Shown in pieces: positions 27,901 through 42,488 of a stretch of DNA of 64,000 nt. The position numbers and the translations under genes were made by a program. The notes beneath the pieces were generated by a model, which saw only the letters and a program-made list of their open reading frames with translations, had not been told where the DNA came from and did not search any database. This stretch comes from Balanoglossus misakiensis (Eukaryota > Animalia > Hemichordata): positions 1,015,690-1,079,689 of the forward strand of contig CM082595.2 in the NCBI GenBank assembly GCA_040954595.2, given 5' to 3'. Position 1 is the stretch's first letter. Every line of letters begins with the position of its first letter.

Positions 27901-29169
27901 ATTCTTTTTGGCTGGACACGTAGTAACCAGATAATCATCATTACTTTGGCCCAGTGGGCAGTGGTGTATTTTTGTTCTCGGACAAAAGGACCATTTGTAT
28001 AGAATCTTATTTGTCTGCAGATTCATCTACGATGTTACAGATCCACTAATTGGGCAACCATTTGTGACGTATAATTCAAACCTATTCCCAAAGTTCATGT
28101 GAAATGCACCCTCACAGGCAAATTTTCAAATGCACTTTGGGAAGACTTTTATACTTCACCAAAGGTGGCGCTATGACAGTCCAAAACTTACCTCATCATA
28201 TTCAAGGTTTTAAACACCAATAGATGCCACTTTCAGCATATCTTTAATTGTTAAAACATCTTTGCCATATCTTAAGTTGACTGGCAACAACGTTTTGAAC
28301 TTGTGGAGATTCTAATTCCCATGTGCATATACATGTAGCACGATAGTAAGTAATCTAGCATCTTGCATACGCATGATGCGTGTGGCACGCATTTATTATA
28401 TAAGTTGTTGATATTTAAAAGTCCAGCCACAATCAGAGATGATAATATGTTTGATGAAATTGCTGTTTCCATCTCTTTATAATTACTAATCTATTTCATG
28501 GAGCAGGTTATTTACATATTCGAAAGATCTTGACCCGTTTCGGATAGGGGGCGCTCTACCATGAAATAGATTAGTAACATTCAGTTGGCAACCTTTACAT
28601 TCCAGAATACGCATATTTTATATCAGATTCTCAAAGTACAGCACTATTACGAGAGGTATGTCTTAGTCAATACCTTTGGTGGCCCAAATAATTAGTACAA
28701 TAACAAAACTGACATAAAACCCTAACTGACAAATTCTAGAACTATTTAACTACAACTTAAGGGGTCTGGAAAATATTTTCTATTTCCAAATCAACTCCAA
28801 CAAGTGTCAATTTATATATTTATTTTCGTCATCAAAGACTTTCGGGATGTACTAAAACAAAAGAGAAGTATGGGACCCGTAATTCATCCCTCAATAAGGC
28901 AGTGCCAAAAAAATTATTCATGATCAAAATTCGCTATAGCGACAGCGTCCCTCACGACAGACGCTGACCAAATGTAAACAATGTATAGGGGTGTGCAGGT
29001 AAAACATTATACCTACCGGGATTGCCATACCCTCGACGGCTTGCAACGTAACACAATATCCTGTAGATGGAGCATCTTGTATTTCTTCGAATCGTTCGCC
29101 TGGTAGGGGCAGAACACTGTTTCTTTTCATGAAATCCTCCCAACGTTTCGAAGGGTCTCGTCCAGCCAT
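6932..29169 (-). CDS. NPHP4: Nephrocystin-4, multi-exon (roughly 30 exons)
   Basis: Exon 1 29169-29017 ([23 protein letters not shown]...). Exon 2 17441-17295 ([20 protein letters not shown]). Internal exons include [72 protein letters not shown]. The last exon [14 protein letters not shown]...[24 protein letters not shown] (stop 6932-6934) matches the recognised NPHP4 C-terminus. Confidence 0.95.
10180..10254. mobile_element. Degenerate copy of the ~90-bp piggyBac-like MITE
   Basis: Ends in AAACCATGGTGGTGAAAGAGTTA, the family end motif. Confidence 0.55.
10732..10804. mobile_element. Interspersed repeat fragment, possibly a Tc1/mariner-type MITE end
   Basis: CACGTAAATTGCACAGGGACT...TAGAGGT.GCCACTAACACA.G.TTGACTGTA is shared with 42628-42693. 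The complementary end TACAGTCAAACCTGTG occurs at ~12056. Confidence 0.6.
13470..13590. repeat. Short degenerate tandem repeat (~40 bp) in an NPHP4 intron
   Basis: CTGATTGGCTATAA at ~13477, 13518, 13557. Confidence 0.7.
14452..14492. repeat. Perfect 19-bp inverted repeat with 3-nt loop
   Basis: CATAGACAGTAGAGGGGGG-ATT-CCCCCCTCTACTGTCTATG. Confidence 0.95.
15025..15086. mobile_element. Partial copy of the ~90-bp piggyBac-like MITE
   Basis: ...GAAAACAACGGGTTTGGACTGAACCATGGTGGTGAAAGGGTTAA, directly next to an NPHP4 splice donor. Confidence 0.7.
18033..20361. promoter_or_regulatory. Cluster of RFX X-box-like motifs in NPHP4 intron 1
   Basis: GTTGCCTAGCAAC 18033-18045, GTTGTCATAGAAAC 18401-18414, GTTGCCAAGCAAC 18962-18974, GTTGCCATGGAGAT 20348-20361. 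Confidence 0.55.
19237..19713 (-). CDS. NPHP4: Putative alternative first coding exon of NPHP4 (159 codons)
   Basis: Its C-terminal half resembles exon 1 (W..F.+...LP...R......S.G.C.....VE..P). Phase-0 donor GTTGGT at 19236 is compatible with the phase-0 exon 2. An acceptor lies at ~19739, and an in-frame stop precedes the ATG. Confidence 0.7.
28483..28577. mobile_element. 95-bp MITE-like element with perfect 19-bp terminal inverted repeats
   Basis: TTACTAATCTATTTCATGG ... CCATGAAATAGATTAGTAA. Confidence 0.7.
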
Positions 29170-29508
29170 CTTGAAAATTTCACGGTTGAGTTGACCGCTA
29201 CGACGCTTAGTTCAAACGGCACAAGACCACCAAGCTGAACCTAGATAATAGCACGGATATATTTTAAAATATTGGCCCTGTCCCCTGTTTGATCTTTAAT
29301 GGTGGCACCGATCGACGTCTACAGGTAATGCAATGTTTTAATTACGTAAGAGCTTACCGTTAGCGTCTTCTACCTTCTGTCTTACAGGAGTGAAGTAATA
29401 ACAAACACATAACTGGAAAGTTTCCAATATGGCTGCCTTCGTAAATAGCAGGTGACTTCAAGCTCACGCCGGACATTGCAATACGACCTCGGAAAACGCG
29501 TTAAAATC

Positions 29509-30267
29509 ATGAGCAATCCTTCTCCAAGCCCAGAAAGAGCAATATATGGTTTTGTTTTATATATTGCCTCGATTATTGGTTTTGGTTGGTAGTTCTATTG
29601 CACATTTGCATGCTCTTTAGTCTTGTAAATTTCATACCCGGAAGTACAGTGTAATTGACATTGTCAATGATCATTGTAAAAATCATGCAGCTGCGAGTAA
29701 CATGCTTAATGCATAGAGTAAGTTAATTAAAATGTATTTGTTTTTGACAACAGGCTTGTACATTATATGGGCGTATGTTCCTGAAAGTTATCTCCAGTAT
29801 GCTGGGCTGACTTACCTGCCACAGAAGTAAGTGACAGTTGATCCATGGACATATAAATTCAGTCATAAGGATACATAACTATACACTGGTTGGCCACATA
29901 ATAACTTCATTGACTAAGCTTCTCCTCTAATCTTTTATAGGTACTGGGCCCTGGCTGCTCCAACTTACTTCACCATGGCGTTACTCTTCGCTTACATTTT
30001 CTACATTGGTTATAACTTTACAATTACTCTGCCGCTAGATTCTGTCCACACTATCACAGGTAGGATATACATGTACAATGCATGAATTCACTGGTGTCAT
30101 TATTACCCGGTACTTTTATTGTTGTGATTGTTATTACAATAATTATTTGATTGCTTCTTTCAGACGACCATGCACTCTCAGTGGAAAGAAATAATCAACC
30201 AGTTGGTGCAATACCACAGAATGGAGACGTGTCCATCAGTGATGTCAACCAAAGACTCTACTTGTGA
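29509..30267 (+). CDS. PIGP: GPI-GlcNAc transferase subunit P (4 exons; absent from the ORF track)
   Basis: Exons 29509-29584, 29754-29826, 29941-30059, 30164-30267 splice in frame to MSNPSPSPERAIYGFVLY...LYIIWAYVPESYL...LTYLPQKYWALAAP...LDSVHTITD...AIP...DVSISDVNQRLYL*, the typical PIG-P signature. Confidence 0.93.
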
Positions 30268-32315
30268 ATGAAACATCACTATTGTGGCTTTTGGTTCGAG
30301 TAGACACACTATGCTGGACGGACAGATCCAGCATAGAACTGTGTAGGCTAATAATGAGAGGCACAGAAGTGTGAGGCAATCATGTCTGTGCAGACGTTAC
30401 AATGACTTCCTCAGTATAGGATGTTTCCAATTTTGAGTTCAGCTCTTGTTTCTTGAAACAAAGTGACTTGTGATTTTAGTTATTTATGACATAATAAAAT
30501 ATTTTATTCTTTTAATACTCCTCTAGTCGAGTCTGTTCTTTGAAAAGGTCTTTAACTGAAAGTCTAGTGAGGTATCCAATAACACCAACAGACATTAAAT
30601 GTTTGGGTTTCACAGTCATCTTTACTGGAAGGCTATACATTGCAGTACGTATGATTTACATTTGAAGGATACATGACAAACTTGATCAAACCACATATTT
30701 TAAAATCCCAATAAATGAAGACATGGTAATTTACCATGAAGAGATCCATAAACAATATATTACTTCGTGACTTGTCACAAAATACATTTTCTACACCGAC
30801 AGATGATAAAATATGAACTGACTTCCATACAGCTACCAGTAGCCAAAGTGACATACATCGTTCACATTGATGCTAAATCGCAGAGTATTTGGCAAAGTTT
30901 CATAAATTATCCAATCTAATCTAACCTAATATTGGGAAAATTATTGCTGATGATACTTTCCTTTTCATTTTTTTTGTACACAACAACAGCAGTTCACACA
31001 AAATGCACAATGCAACCTATATAAAGTTACAATGACAAGGAAATGTAACATTTATGATGTGGAAAGTGGTCATAACATTTTTCTACTGGTAGTCAAGACA
31101 AAACATCTCGGTAGTTCATTCACCATATCTATAACTCATTTCATTATTTTAAAATACAACACACAATATGATTTGATTAATGAATTTATATCAGTTGCTT
31201 TATGAAGCCTCGTGATAAATGAGTTCGCCCTCTATGTTCAGACAGCTTGATTCTTGTGCACACCCTCTAGAGGTGACTCTCCGTTATCAAAACAATCAAC
31301 AGATATTTGTCACTTTACAAGCATCTATACTGCCATGGTACTAAGTTTATATGTACAACAAAAGTCTGGTACAAAGACATTTTCATAGATTCATGTTCAG
31401 AACACAAGACGGTTTCACATCTGGTTCATTTTCCACACCACGGACAAATTTTATTCCTACAAGAGACAAAATACACATTTTCGACCAAAATTGAAGGAAA
31501 GCAACAACTTCATTATCAGTACCCTTAACTCTGATCTGATCTTAAAATAGTCCAGCCTCACAGAACAACTGGTTTTTATCAAATTCTCACAATCAATTTC
31601 CTCTCTAAATATGGATGCAAAGTTTTGACATTCACAATATTGACACTGAAACCAATTCTCTTTATATATATACTTTTGTTTCCCTCCAACAATCACAGCC
31701 AACACCCTCCATAACAGCCTTCTACACATGAAATTGAAAAATACACATTCCACTTTCTTCCTACAATTTCATTACTTGTACGTACAGTGACTTTAATAAA
31801 ATGTTAAAGAAATTACTTCAAGTACAGAGGTTATCTAAGACACCAACTAAAATAGAACATCGCTACCCTAAAATATAACTGGCTATTTTTTTACAGTTTC
31901 TATGGTGACATATTTAAATTACTGCAGCACAGATCTACTGTATATCATAACTCACAATCTTGGGCTTCATTTTAAGGAGGGTGGCATCCATTTCTGTTGC
32001 TAAGGACCCAGCAGTTACTAGGGATATTCATCAACCAGAGAGACTTGAGTTTGCCAGCATTCAGCCTTCTACCCCTTCAATTTCTTGGCTTTGGTTTAAC
32101 CCAGTGATAAATACAAAGACTGCATCAAAGTGAAGGATAAACAGGGGAGGGCAGCGTTAAGAGAGATCCTTTCAACAACACTCGCCAGCAGCATTTCAAA
32201 CATGACTCCCCTCTCCACAGAAATGAACAACACCCTCCTTAACACACACAGAAATTTCTACCTATGAAATGACTTTAAAATTTCCTGGATTATTGGAAGA
32301 TGCAGCCCATCTTGT

Positions 32316-34782
<2,467 letters not shown>

Positions 34783-34885
34783 TCACCATACTTCATCTGT
34801 TCCAATGTTATCTCTCTGAAAATTGAGAAATAAATCAATTAACTTTACTGAGTCTACCATGTGGAAAAGGGACAATTAAAGTCTT

Positions 34886-34986
34886 GAAATGAACTACCTT
34901 TCTTCAAAGGTGAAATGAACTACCTTTCTTCAAAGGTGAAATGAATTACGCTTCTTCAAAAGTGAAATGAATTACCCTTCTTCAAA
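34886..34986. repeat. 26-bp tandem repeat x4
   Basis: GTGAAATGAACTACCTTTCTTCAAAG-type unit repeated. Confidence 0.85.
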
Positions 34987-35662
34987 ACTAACTCAATCGA
35001 TCTAATACTAACTCAAAACACCATACAAGTAAGTTTCATAAAACGATCAATTCTACTTGTAATGCAACGGGGGTCAACAAGCTCTATCTGAAAGATTGAC
35101 GGGACAACTCCCCATTTTTACGCCCACTGTACAACTTCCGTCTGCAAACCACGCTCACAATCGGCAGAATGATTTTCATACAAAAACACGACAACTGCCT
35201 ATTCGTTTGCTTGTAACTATGTCGACACAATCACACACCACCCCTAAATAGACAGTGTTGTGAAAATTCACCACGAATCATGACACTGATTTACAACCGA
35301 CCACGAGTGAGAGCCGCGCCGCTCGCCGGCATTCATTGCCACCCACTTTCACGATTACTGGGTTCTTCCGGAAGTATGTGAACAACGCTTACGAATTGAA
35401 AATATCGCATCAATTGGTAAAACTTCCCGTCAATGAGGTTGTTGTTAGAATGACAATGAATGACGACACTCATCAAATACATTACAGAAGGCAAAAACAG
35501 TCGAAATTTGGTCTGACAACGCCTCTGTACTCACCAAAAATGGCTGCCATTTTCTTACCTTCAGGCGCGCTGCATGGTGGGTAATTTGTCGAAAAAAGTC
35601 ACGTGTTATATATCTGTCTCCCTCTAGAGCAGCAGATTATGATTTCTTTTGTTCAGTTTGCC

Positions 35663-35761
<99 letters not shown>

Positions 35762-35766
35762 CCATC
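35663..35766. repeat. (TCA)n microsatellite
   Basis: About 100 bp of almost uninterrupted TCA/CAT triplets. Confidence 0.98.
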
Positions 35767-36319
35767 AAAGAAGAAGAGTTGTCTCACTGGACAATTTAGA
35801 TTTCAAAGCTTTTATTCCACCAACCAGGAAGCACAAAAGCATGTATGTCATGTTGCATGGCATAATATTTCATTGTTTCCTATGCAGATAACATGTACAA
35901 ATAAAACATACATAATAAAGTCTGAAATAGATACATATTTATGTTCATACGGAATGCATTTTGTGTAATAAAAACGGATCACTTTTCGTAAATACAATAA
36001 ACTATATTGATAAAAATCAGGAATGCAAATTGTATATACAACGGATGTCCGAAGATAAAGTCTTTTTACTTTCAAGTTTCACATGTGCGCCGTCTAAATA
36101 TGCTAATCGAACCATGGTGTCCCAATTGATTTTAAAAAGTCAAATAAAAATGCATAGTTTTTATACCAATTGTACCAATAGTAAATACGGCCGACGAGAA
36201 AATTCGTTTCAGCCAGCAAACGTCATGCATTCATGCATTCATTACAATCACTTTGTCTAACGAGTAAAGCAGACAGCGCACGGGTGGCATTTTGCAAATG
36301 CAGCAGGATGTTGCTATGG

Positions 36320-38311
36320 TTACTGTCCGTTTTCGTTTCGGATCTTGGTCAGGTACTGGTACACTTTCACTTTATTGTTACCACCATCGACGATAACGAG
36401 TTTCCCGTTGGTCAGCGCCATGCCTTCTGGATGATTCAAGCCTTCCACGAGATGACCGGCGAATTTGCCATCATTACGAATCAGCAACACCTGTCCTCGG
36501 CGATAACTCACCACCAAGATGTTGTCATCGGCATCACAGGCAATTCCTGTCAGAAAGTGTCCCGGGAGTTGTGTCGACCACTTCTCGTGACCGTCCAGAT
36601 CGAACTTGCGGACGTTTCGGTCGCTGTGGTCCGACAGGACAATGTTGCGACCAGTAGAATCGGTAACCATGTAGAATATGCGATCCAAATCGGATTCTTT
36701 CTCTCCGATACGACTTATTTCTATGCCGTACGGGGTGAACACGCGAATTTGCGAGGTCTCGTGACGGGAGCTAGATGCGATGATGTGCCCGACGCTGTCG
36801 ACAGTAACTCCGTGAAGATAATTCCAAAATATGTCATCGATTGGACTTTTCGGCTTATCGATGTCACCTTTACGGATCTTCATGTGGCATTTATCTATCG
36901 AGGAAATTTTGATACTTCGCTCACCGTAGTCGACGACGACGAAATGGTCATCAGGATTGACTGTGACGTCGGTTGGGGTTTTGAACATATTCTCTGGAGA
37001 CTGGAACTTGTACTGTCCCAAAGAATCGAACACTTGGATTCTGCTGTTTCCTTTATCCGCTACGACGATATCGCCGGATTTGGTCATGGTCACCCCTTCT
37101 GGGTCCCGGAACTCGCCAGCACCGCCCCCTCGCTTTCCGAACTCGAAAAGAAACTTGCAAGAGTGGCGAGGGGTGTCGGAATCATCCGGCCCGTCGACAG
37201 CCGTGCCGCTGTCATCCACCACGGTCCCTAGAGGGTCCGTGTGGTCATAGTTGACGATAAACTTGACAGCAGTATCGACATCTAACTTTGCTTCAATGCA
37301 TGTGTCTGCTAGCTCTTTCAATCGACTTTCGATTTGAGATTTCCCAGACAAGATATCTCGATCACTTCCCATCTTTAGCACCATGTCGGTAAATTCAAAA
37401 CTGCTATTCAGTTTTAGTAATTCTAGTTGCAATGACTGCTTCAGCTCGGCCAGTTGGCCCTCTTTAATGGCAGCAAGCGCGTTGGCATCTGTTTCCAAGG
37501 TGATTCGCATCTGATCGATGTCGTCATGGCGTTTCTGGGCTTCATCCCGAATTCTCTTCAGCGCCGTTTGTTTGCCTCCCAATATCTCCTGTTCTGACTT
37601 CGTGACAGCTTTCAGGGCGTCTGAAACCAGTGAGATTTTTGTCTTCACCTGGGAGAGCATCGCCGTGAGAGCGCTTCGGTATTCGCTTACTGCATCCCCC
37701 AGACGACAAAACTGATGCGCTGGTTCTTTGTGATCCAGAACGATGCAATCTCTACAGATATGTTTCTCGCAAGTTCTGCAATAGAAACGGGTCACCTCAC
37801 CTTCATGGACATCACAGGTCGCAACTTTCCCGTGCTGCAGGAGACATTCGATGCGCTTGCCTGAGCGAAGGTCGTCTACGGTTACCAGATCGTGAGCACG
37901 GAAAACCTTCAATCGTGAATGGGCCCCAACGCAGTCAGCGCACAGCAGATCAGCACACGTAAGACAATAAGACACCGCTTCGCTTTCAGCTGAACAGCAG
38001 GTACAAACGACGGCCTTTTCGTGGCTTTGTATCTTCTTCAGCATCGCCATGGTTTCCGTGAGGCTAGTGATGAAATAATTCTCCCGCAGGACGCTGGTGC
38101 CATCTTGATCGTACAGCGAAATGTGCTGGTGACAAGCAGGACAATCCAGTGAAGGGTGTTCTGGAGACACCAGCTTCGCTAAACAATCACTACAAAACGA
38201 ATGCAAGCAAGGAAGAACCTTAGGTTTAACGAAATCCCCCGAGCAAATTTTGCAGGACAAAAACTGATCGGAGAGAGCGGAGAACATCAGGGAGGCCGTT
38301 ATATCGGCCAT
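36320..38311 (-). CDS. Intronless TRIM E3 ligase (RING, two B-boxes, coiled coil, NHL repeats; TRIM2/3/56/71-like)
   Basis: 663-aa ORF: RING CKIC...LPCLHSFC...CPAC; B-box1 CTCC...CLTC...C..C...H; B-box2 CDVH...FYCRTC...IC..C...H; NHL motifs FG.RG...GEF..P.GV and IVVADKGNSRIQVF. Confidence 0.93.
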   Translation of the reverse strand: MADITASLMFSALSDQFLSCKICSGDFVKPKVLPCLHSFCSDCLAKLVSPEHPSLDCPACHQHISLYDQDGTSVLRENYFITSLTETMAMLKKIQSHEKAVVCTCCSAESEAVSYCLTCADLLCADCVGAHSRLKVFRAHDLVTVDDLRSGKRIECLLQHGKVATCDVHEGEVTRFYCRTCEKHICRDCIVLDHKEPAHQFCRLGDAVSEYRSALTAMLSQVKTKISLVSDALKAVTKSEQEILGGKQTALKRIRDEAQKRHDDIDQMRITLETDANALAAIKEGQLAELKQSLQLELLKLNSSFEFTDMVLKMGSDRDILSGKSQIESRLKELADTCIEAKLDVDTAVKFIVNYDHTDPLGTVVDDSGTAVDGPDDSDTPRHSCKFLFEFGKRGGGAGEFRDPEGVTMTKSGDIVVADKGNSRIQVFDSLGQYKFQSPENMFKTPTDVTVNPDDHFVVVDYGERSIKISSIDKCHMKIRKGDIDKPKSPIDDIFWNYLHGVTVDSVGHIIASSSRHETSQIRVFTPYGIEISRIGEKESDLDRIFYMVTDSTGRNIVLSDHSDRNVRKFDLDGHEKWSTQLPGHFLTGIACDADDNILVVSYRRGQVLLIRNDGKFAGHLVEGLNHPEGMALTNGKLVIVDGGNNKVKVYQYLTKIRNENGQ

Positions 38312-39848
38312 TTTGACACAGACCGTCCTTAAAACATAAATTATACAAATTCATGTAGGTGCAACTTTAACCTTAATTTATATGCACGTCACCTATTTGT
38401 TTAGCGTATCCTATACGAAGGTTACATGTTACCACTGCAACGAACAAAACAGTGCTTTTGCTGGCCTTGGTATTGCTCGTAAATTCGGAGGGATAATCGA
38501 AAATTCACTACCATAATTCGTAAGTGTATATTTGGTAATTTGCAGATGCTATTGGAGACTATACTTCAGATATATTGGGCATTATTTCTCACTTTCATAC
38601 GTTTTAGCTTAAAAAATACCTAAATATGCAGTGGTCGCTCACATTTGGCACATCGAGGCCATTACTGGCATTAGCTTTCAGCGCATTTGTCGGTGAGAAG
38701 GCCACTGCACACAGAGTGTAAAGTTGTTTCGAAATCCTAACTATAGGACAATTGTAGTGGCTTGATTGCTGTGTGCATATATGCATATCTTCTGACGTCT
38801 TCGCCCGCCAAGGACTTTGAGAATAAAGTCGAGCTAATGACCCCTGCGGGTGCGGACGATGCTCTTCAGGGGAATATTGTTGTGACAGTCTACTCCTGCA
38901 TCAAATGTGAATGAACATCACGACATATTCTGTAATGAGAACGCCCTTGTCATTTCAGTTCCCACAAAAGATTCATACGCAATGATTTCACACGACTATC
39001 AACGGATCTACGCACAAGACAGACGTATACCCGATGACGTCAAATGGACAACACTATTCTTCAAGTTTGCGAACACTTGGGAAATTAGTATTCTCACAGT
39101 CTAATTATATATGATGCTGACTGCATTGATATGCCGCTCTGAGACATTTGCAGCCTTGTACACCACCAATTAGTCTGACGTGACAGGGAAAAACCAACAA
39201 GACAATTTCAACAACTCTTTTGAACACCGAGTACATTGTTCGCTGTCAAAATGTAGTGCAACATTTTGTCATTTGCACACATTTCCCCCTATTTTTCTCC
39301 TTTAGCAACCATGGCAACAATAATGACAGTTGTCCATGTTTTTCTCTTCACGCGTATACACCTGGGAGCGACTCGAAGGAGGGCCCGTGCACCTGGGATC
39401 AAAGACGGAGGCCGTACATAGCAACAGTTACTGGGCGTGACAGAACAAATAATTGGATAACATACACGGCGCTTTTGCACAAACAAAACACATTTTATTG
39501 TATCATAATGAACACAAATACCTCGACGTACAATACACATTCGGAAAAATTATACAAGATACAAGTAACGTAGTGTAATCTGGTTGTATCTAATCTGGCA
39601 TGACTTGCCTTTTCTCAGCTTTGTGGGCCAGGGACCCCGTGTAATATAGAGATAGACAATATGAAAACCAAAGATACTGAAGAAAATATAACATTATTCA
39701 GGTTCACAACATTGCGTTTCTGAAATGCGCATTAAACACGTGCAACCGTCCCTTTCATCGCCAGATCTCACCTAAACACAAATGAGACATAATCACCACA
39801 TTGTGTCGGCTGGAATCGGAAATAGGCCAGTTGGAAATCCTATGTCAT

Positions 39849-41033
39849 CTACAACGTGGTTTCTATGCTTACGAGATACCTCGTATGTTTTCCGCCTGTG
39901 AGTGGCGGCTGGGGGGAACGATGGTTTCCGTTACCGTGACGACGAGGCCGCGAGCTATGACTTGACATTCGATCTGAGAGTGAGCCATGATTTCTCCTCA
40001 TTCCCCAACATCTTCCGACAAAGGCAATCTTGGTATACTGGCGAAATTGTCGATTGAGAAATGTGTAGATGATAGGAGTGAAAACAGTTGTAGTCATTGC
40101 AACCAGGTGGCAAAATGTGAATATCAAATCGTAGTGGCGAGTGTCGAAAAGGCCTGGGGCTACCTGCGACAGAGTTCGAACAAAGTACAGCGGAAACCAA
40201 CACACACCGAAAGTTCCCGCGGTTGTTGCTAGGACACAGTTCAGTCTTCTTCTCCTCATCTGTTGCCGGCGGGCTTGAGAAGGGGTTCGTTCTCCGAGTT
40301 GTGTGCTTGTTGTGTGCACGTGCAAAGTCATCCGAAAGTACAAGACCATAATCCCTATCAATGGCAACACGTAGGCGATAAAGCAAATACCGAAGTCGTA
40401 GACTTTCTTTGTCGTTTCAGACGGCCACATGTCGAAGCACACGATTTCGTAGCCAAACGCTCGTAAGTCGTACTTCTGTGTATAGTAGGCGATGGGAAAT
40501 GCTAACATGGTCGCCATAAGCCAACATGCGACAATTATCACCACACATGTTCCTTTGGTTATACGTGGTTGTAACGGTTGAAGAGTGACGGAGTGACGGT
40601 CGTAAGCGATGATGACATGGGATGCGATAGAGACGAACACGCTAACAGCTTGGATGGTCGGCACAAGACGACAGAGTGTGTCACCGAAAATCCAGTCCTT
40701 CACAACGATGCCGATTAAAGACCATGGAACACAGAAAATGCACACCAATATGTCAGAAACTGCCAAGTTAGTTATGAACACGTTTGTGACGTTCTGTAAG
40801 CGAGGTGTGCGAAATACTGTGAGAATGACAGAGATATTACCAGTGACGCCTAGAAGGAACACGACAGCATACAGAGTGCCAATCAGCCAGACAAACCTTT
40901 TCACCAATTCGGAACCCTCTATGAAGCTCTGGAACATATTCAGGCCAACGTCGGAAAAATTGCTTTTGTCTGCATGAAACTCGGAGGAATAAACGGAGAA
41001 AGAGACATCGTTGTTGTCTTCGTAGCTCTTCAT
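39849..41033 (-). CDS. Intronless class A neuropeptide GPCR, PrRP/sNPF/NPY-receptor-like
   Basis: Seven hydrophobic segments; GN in TM1, NVTNVFITNLAVSD, WIFG..LC, DRH, CWFP, TPIIY. Confidence 0.9.
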   Translation of the reverse strand: MKSYEDNNDVSFSVYSSEFHADKSNFSDVGLNMFQSFIEGSELVKRFVWLIGTLYAVVFLLGVTGNISVILTVFRTPRLQNVTNVFITNLAVSDILVCIFCVPWSLIGIVVKDWIFGDTLCRLVPTIQAVSVFVSIASHVIIAYDRHSVTLQPLQPRITKGTCVVIIVACWLMATMLAFPIAYYTQKYDLRAFGYEIVCFDMWPSETTKKVYDFGICFIAYVLPLIGIMVLYFRMTLHVHTTSTQLGERTPSQARRQQMRRRRLNCVLATTAGTFGVCWFPLYFVRTLSQVAPGLFDTRHYDLIFTFCHLVAMTTTVFTPIIYTFLNRQFRQYTKIAFVGRCWGMRRNHGSLSDRMSSHSSRPRRHGNGNHRSPQPPLTGGKHTRYLVSIETTL

Positions 41034-41231
41034 ATCTCGCGTCGATGAGCGTCAAACCTCGCGCAGAAATACAAATATGTTGGCATTGATAGAAACTGGA
41101 AGTTGGCAATCGTCAGTCAGCGAAGGTGTTAGGGCCACCTCTGATCTCCAAGTGTAATGACAAGATAATATAAGGGCGAGGATATTAAGGCTCCGCCCAT
41201 AAACGACTGTGGAGGGGGGAATGTCATCCGA

Positions 41232-41278
41232 ATGAATGGATGGATGGATGGATGGATGGACGGACGGATGGATGGATG
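41232..41278. repeat. (GGAT)n microsatellite
   Basis: Direct reading. Confidence 0.9.
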
Positions 41279-42488
41279 TACGAAAGAACGATCGAAAGAA
41301 TAAATGAAAGAATAAACGAAAGAACAAAAGAACGATTACATGCACAAGATAGACAAATAAAGACAGCACTTATTAAAAAGACAACACAGTGGATCTGAAG
41401 TCAGACTTTCCCGGGAAATGCCTCTGGAAATAACAAAAAGAACGGAAATGTGAAAGGAAGTGTGGCTGATGAAAAGCCTGCGTTGGTATAAACGTGACAC
41501 TTCTGTTCATTAAAATGGCATCATGCGTTGCTAGTTTCAATGATAATCACGCAATTGCTGATGTAGTACTTGTACGTCTGCGACCTCTATTGATTAGCAA
41601 TTTCTGTCCACATCTCGGAGGTAATTTCTATCATGACATACGAATGTCGTGAGTCATTGGTTATGAAGAGGTTCGAGCAGCATCAAGACGTTTTCCGCAT
41701 TTCTATTCGTATCATTAAAATACACAGAATCAATTTCACACATCTTTTTTAAAATGCCCATTGTTGACAATGGCAGTGACACTCAACGGAAGGACTATTC
41801 CCCTCCGGAAAAAAATAAATCGTTGTAATGAGCTCTCAAAAACGTTCAGATGAAAAGGCCGCCCACTCTTGCCGAAGACTTCCAGCTGAGCTGATGAATG
41901 ATTGCGAAAAAAAAAATAAGATTCTCAATGTAGCATGCTTTCCATGCAAGATTTCATGCAAGAAATTCGCCCAAACTGTAAAGCCCAAGAGTCTAGGGTC
42001 TTTAGTTCCTGTGCGAACAGAACTCAATGATCAAGTTAGAAAAATACGTCACCTATTCCAAAGGCTTGGGTAATGAAAAAAGTGAGGGGGAGAGAGAGAG
42101 AGAGAGGGGGGGGGGGGACAACAGCAAATGGCCTGTAGAGGGCTCCCTCCCACTATCAGGTACAACCAGTTGTCAAATTGTGTATAATGAATTGAAGAAA
42201 AGATACAAGACTTGTTTATGTTCACTGTTAACAAACACACCTTTTATTGATCATCTGGATCAAAAATAAAACACTTAAATAAATTAAAAAATTTCAAGTA
42301 TTAAAGTAATACGGTATAGCCACTATTTAGCCACAGTGGTTGTTTAATTGTATATTTTTTATTTGATAAAACTACTTTGGCACCATTTTTTAATCAAATC
42401 ACAGTTACAAGTACCCATCCTGGAACAATCTGACAATAACCTGTGCAGGAGTCCCAACACACAGACAAAAACTCATTCCAAACATCTT

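Noticed and set aside
35603-35968. Poly-Ser and poly-His ORFs
   Set aside because: Translations of the (TCA)n microsatellite.
36233-37231. 332-aa plus-strand ORF
   Set aside because: Antisense shadow of the GC-richer TRIM CDS; no domain features.
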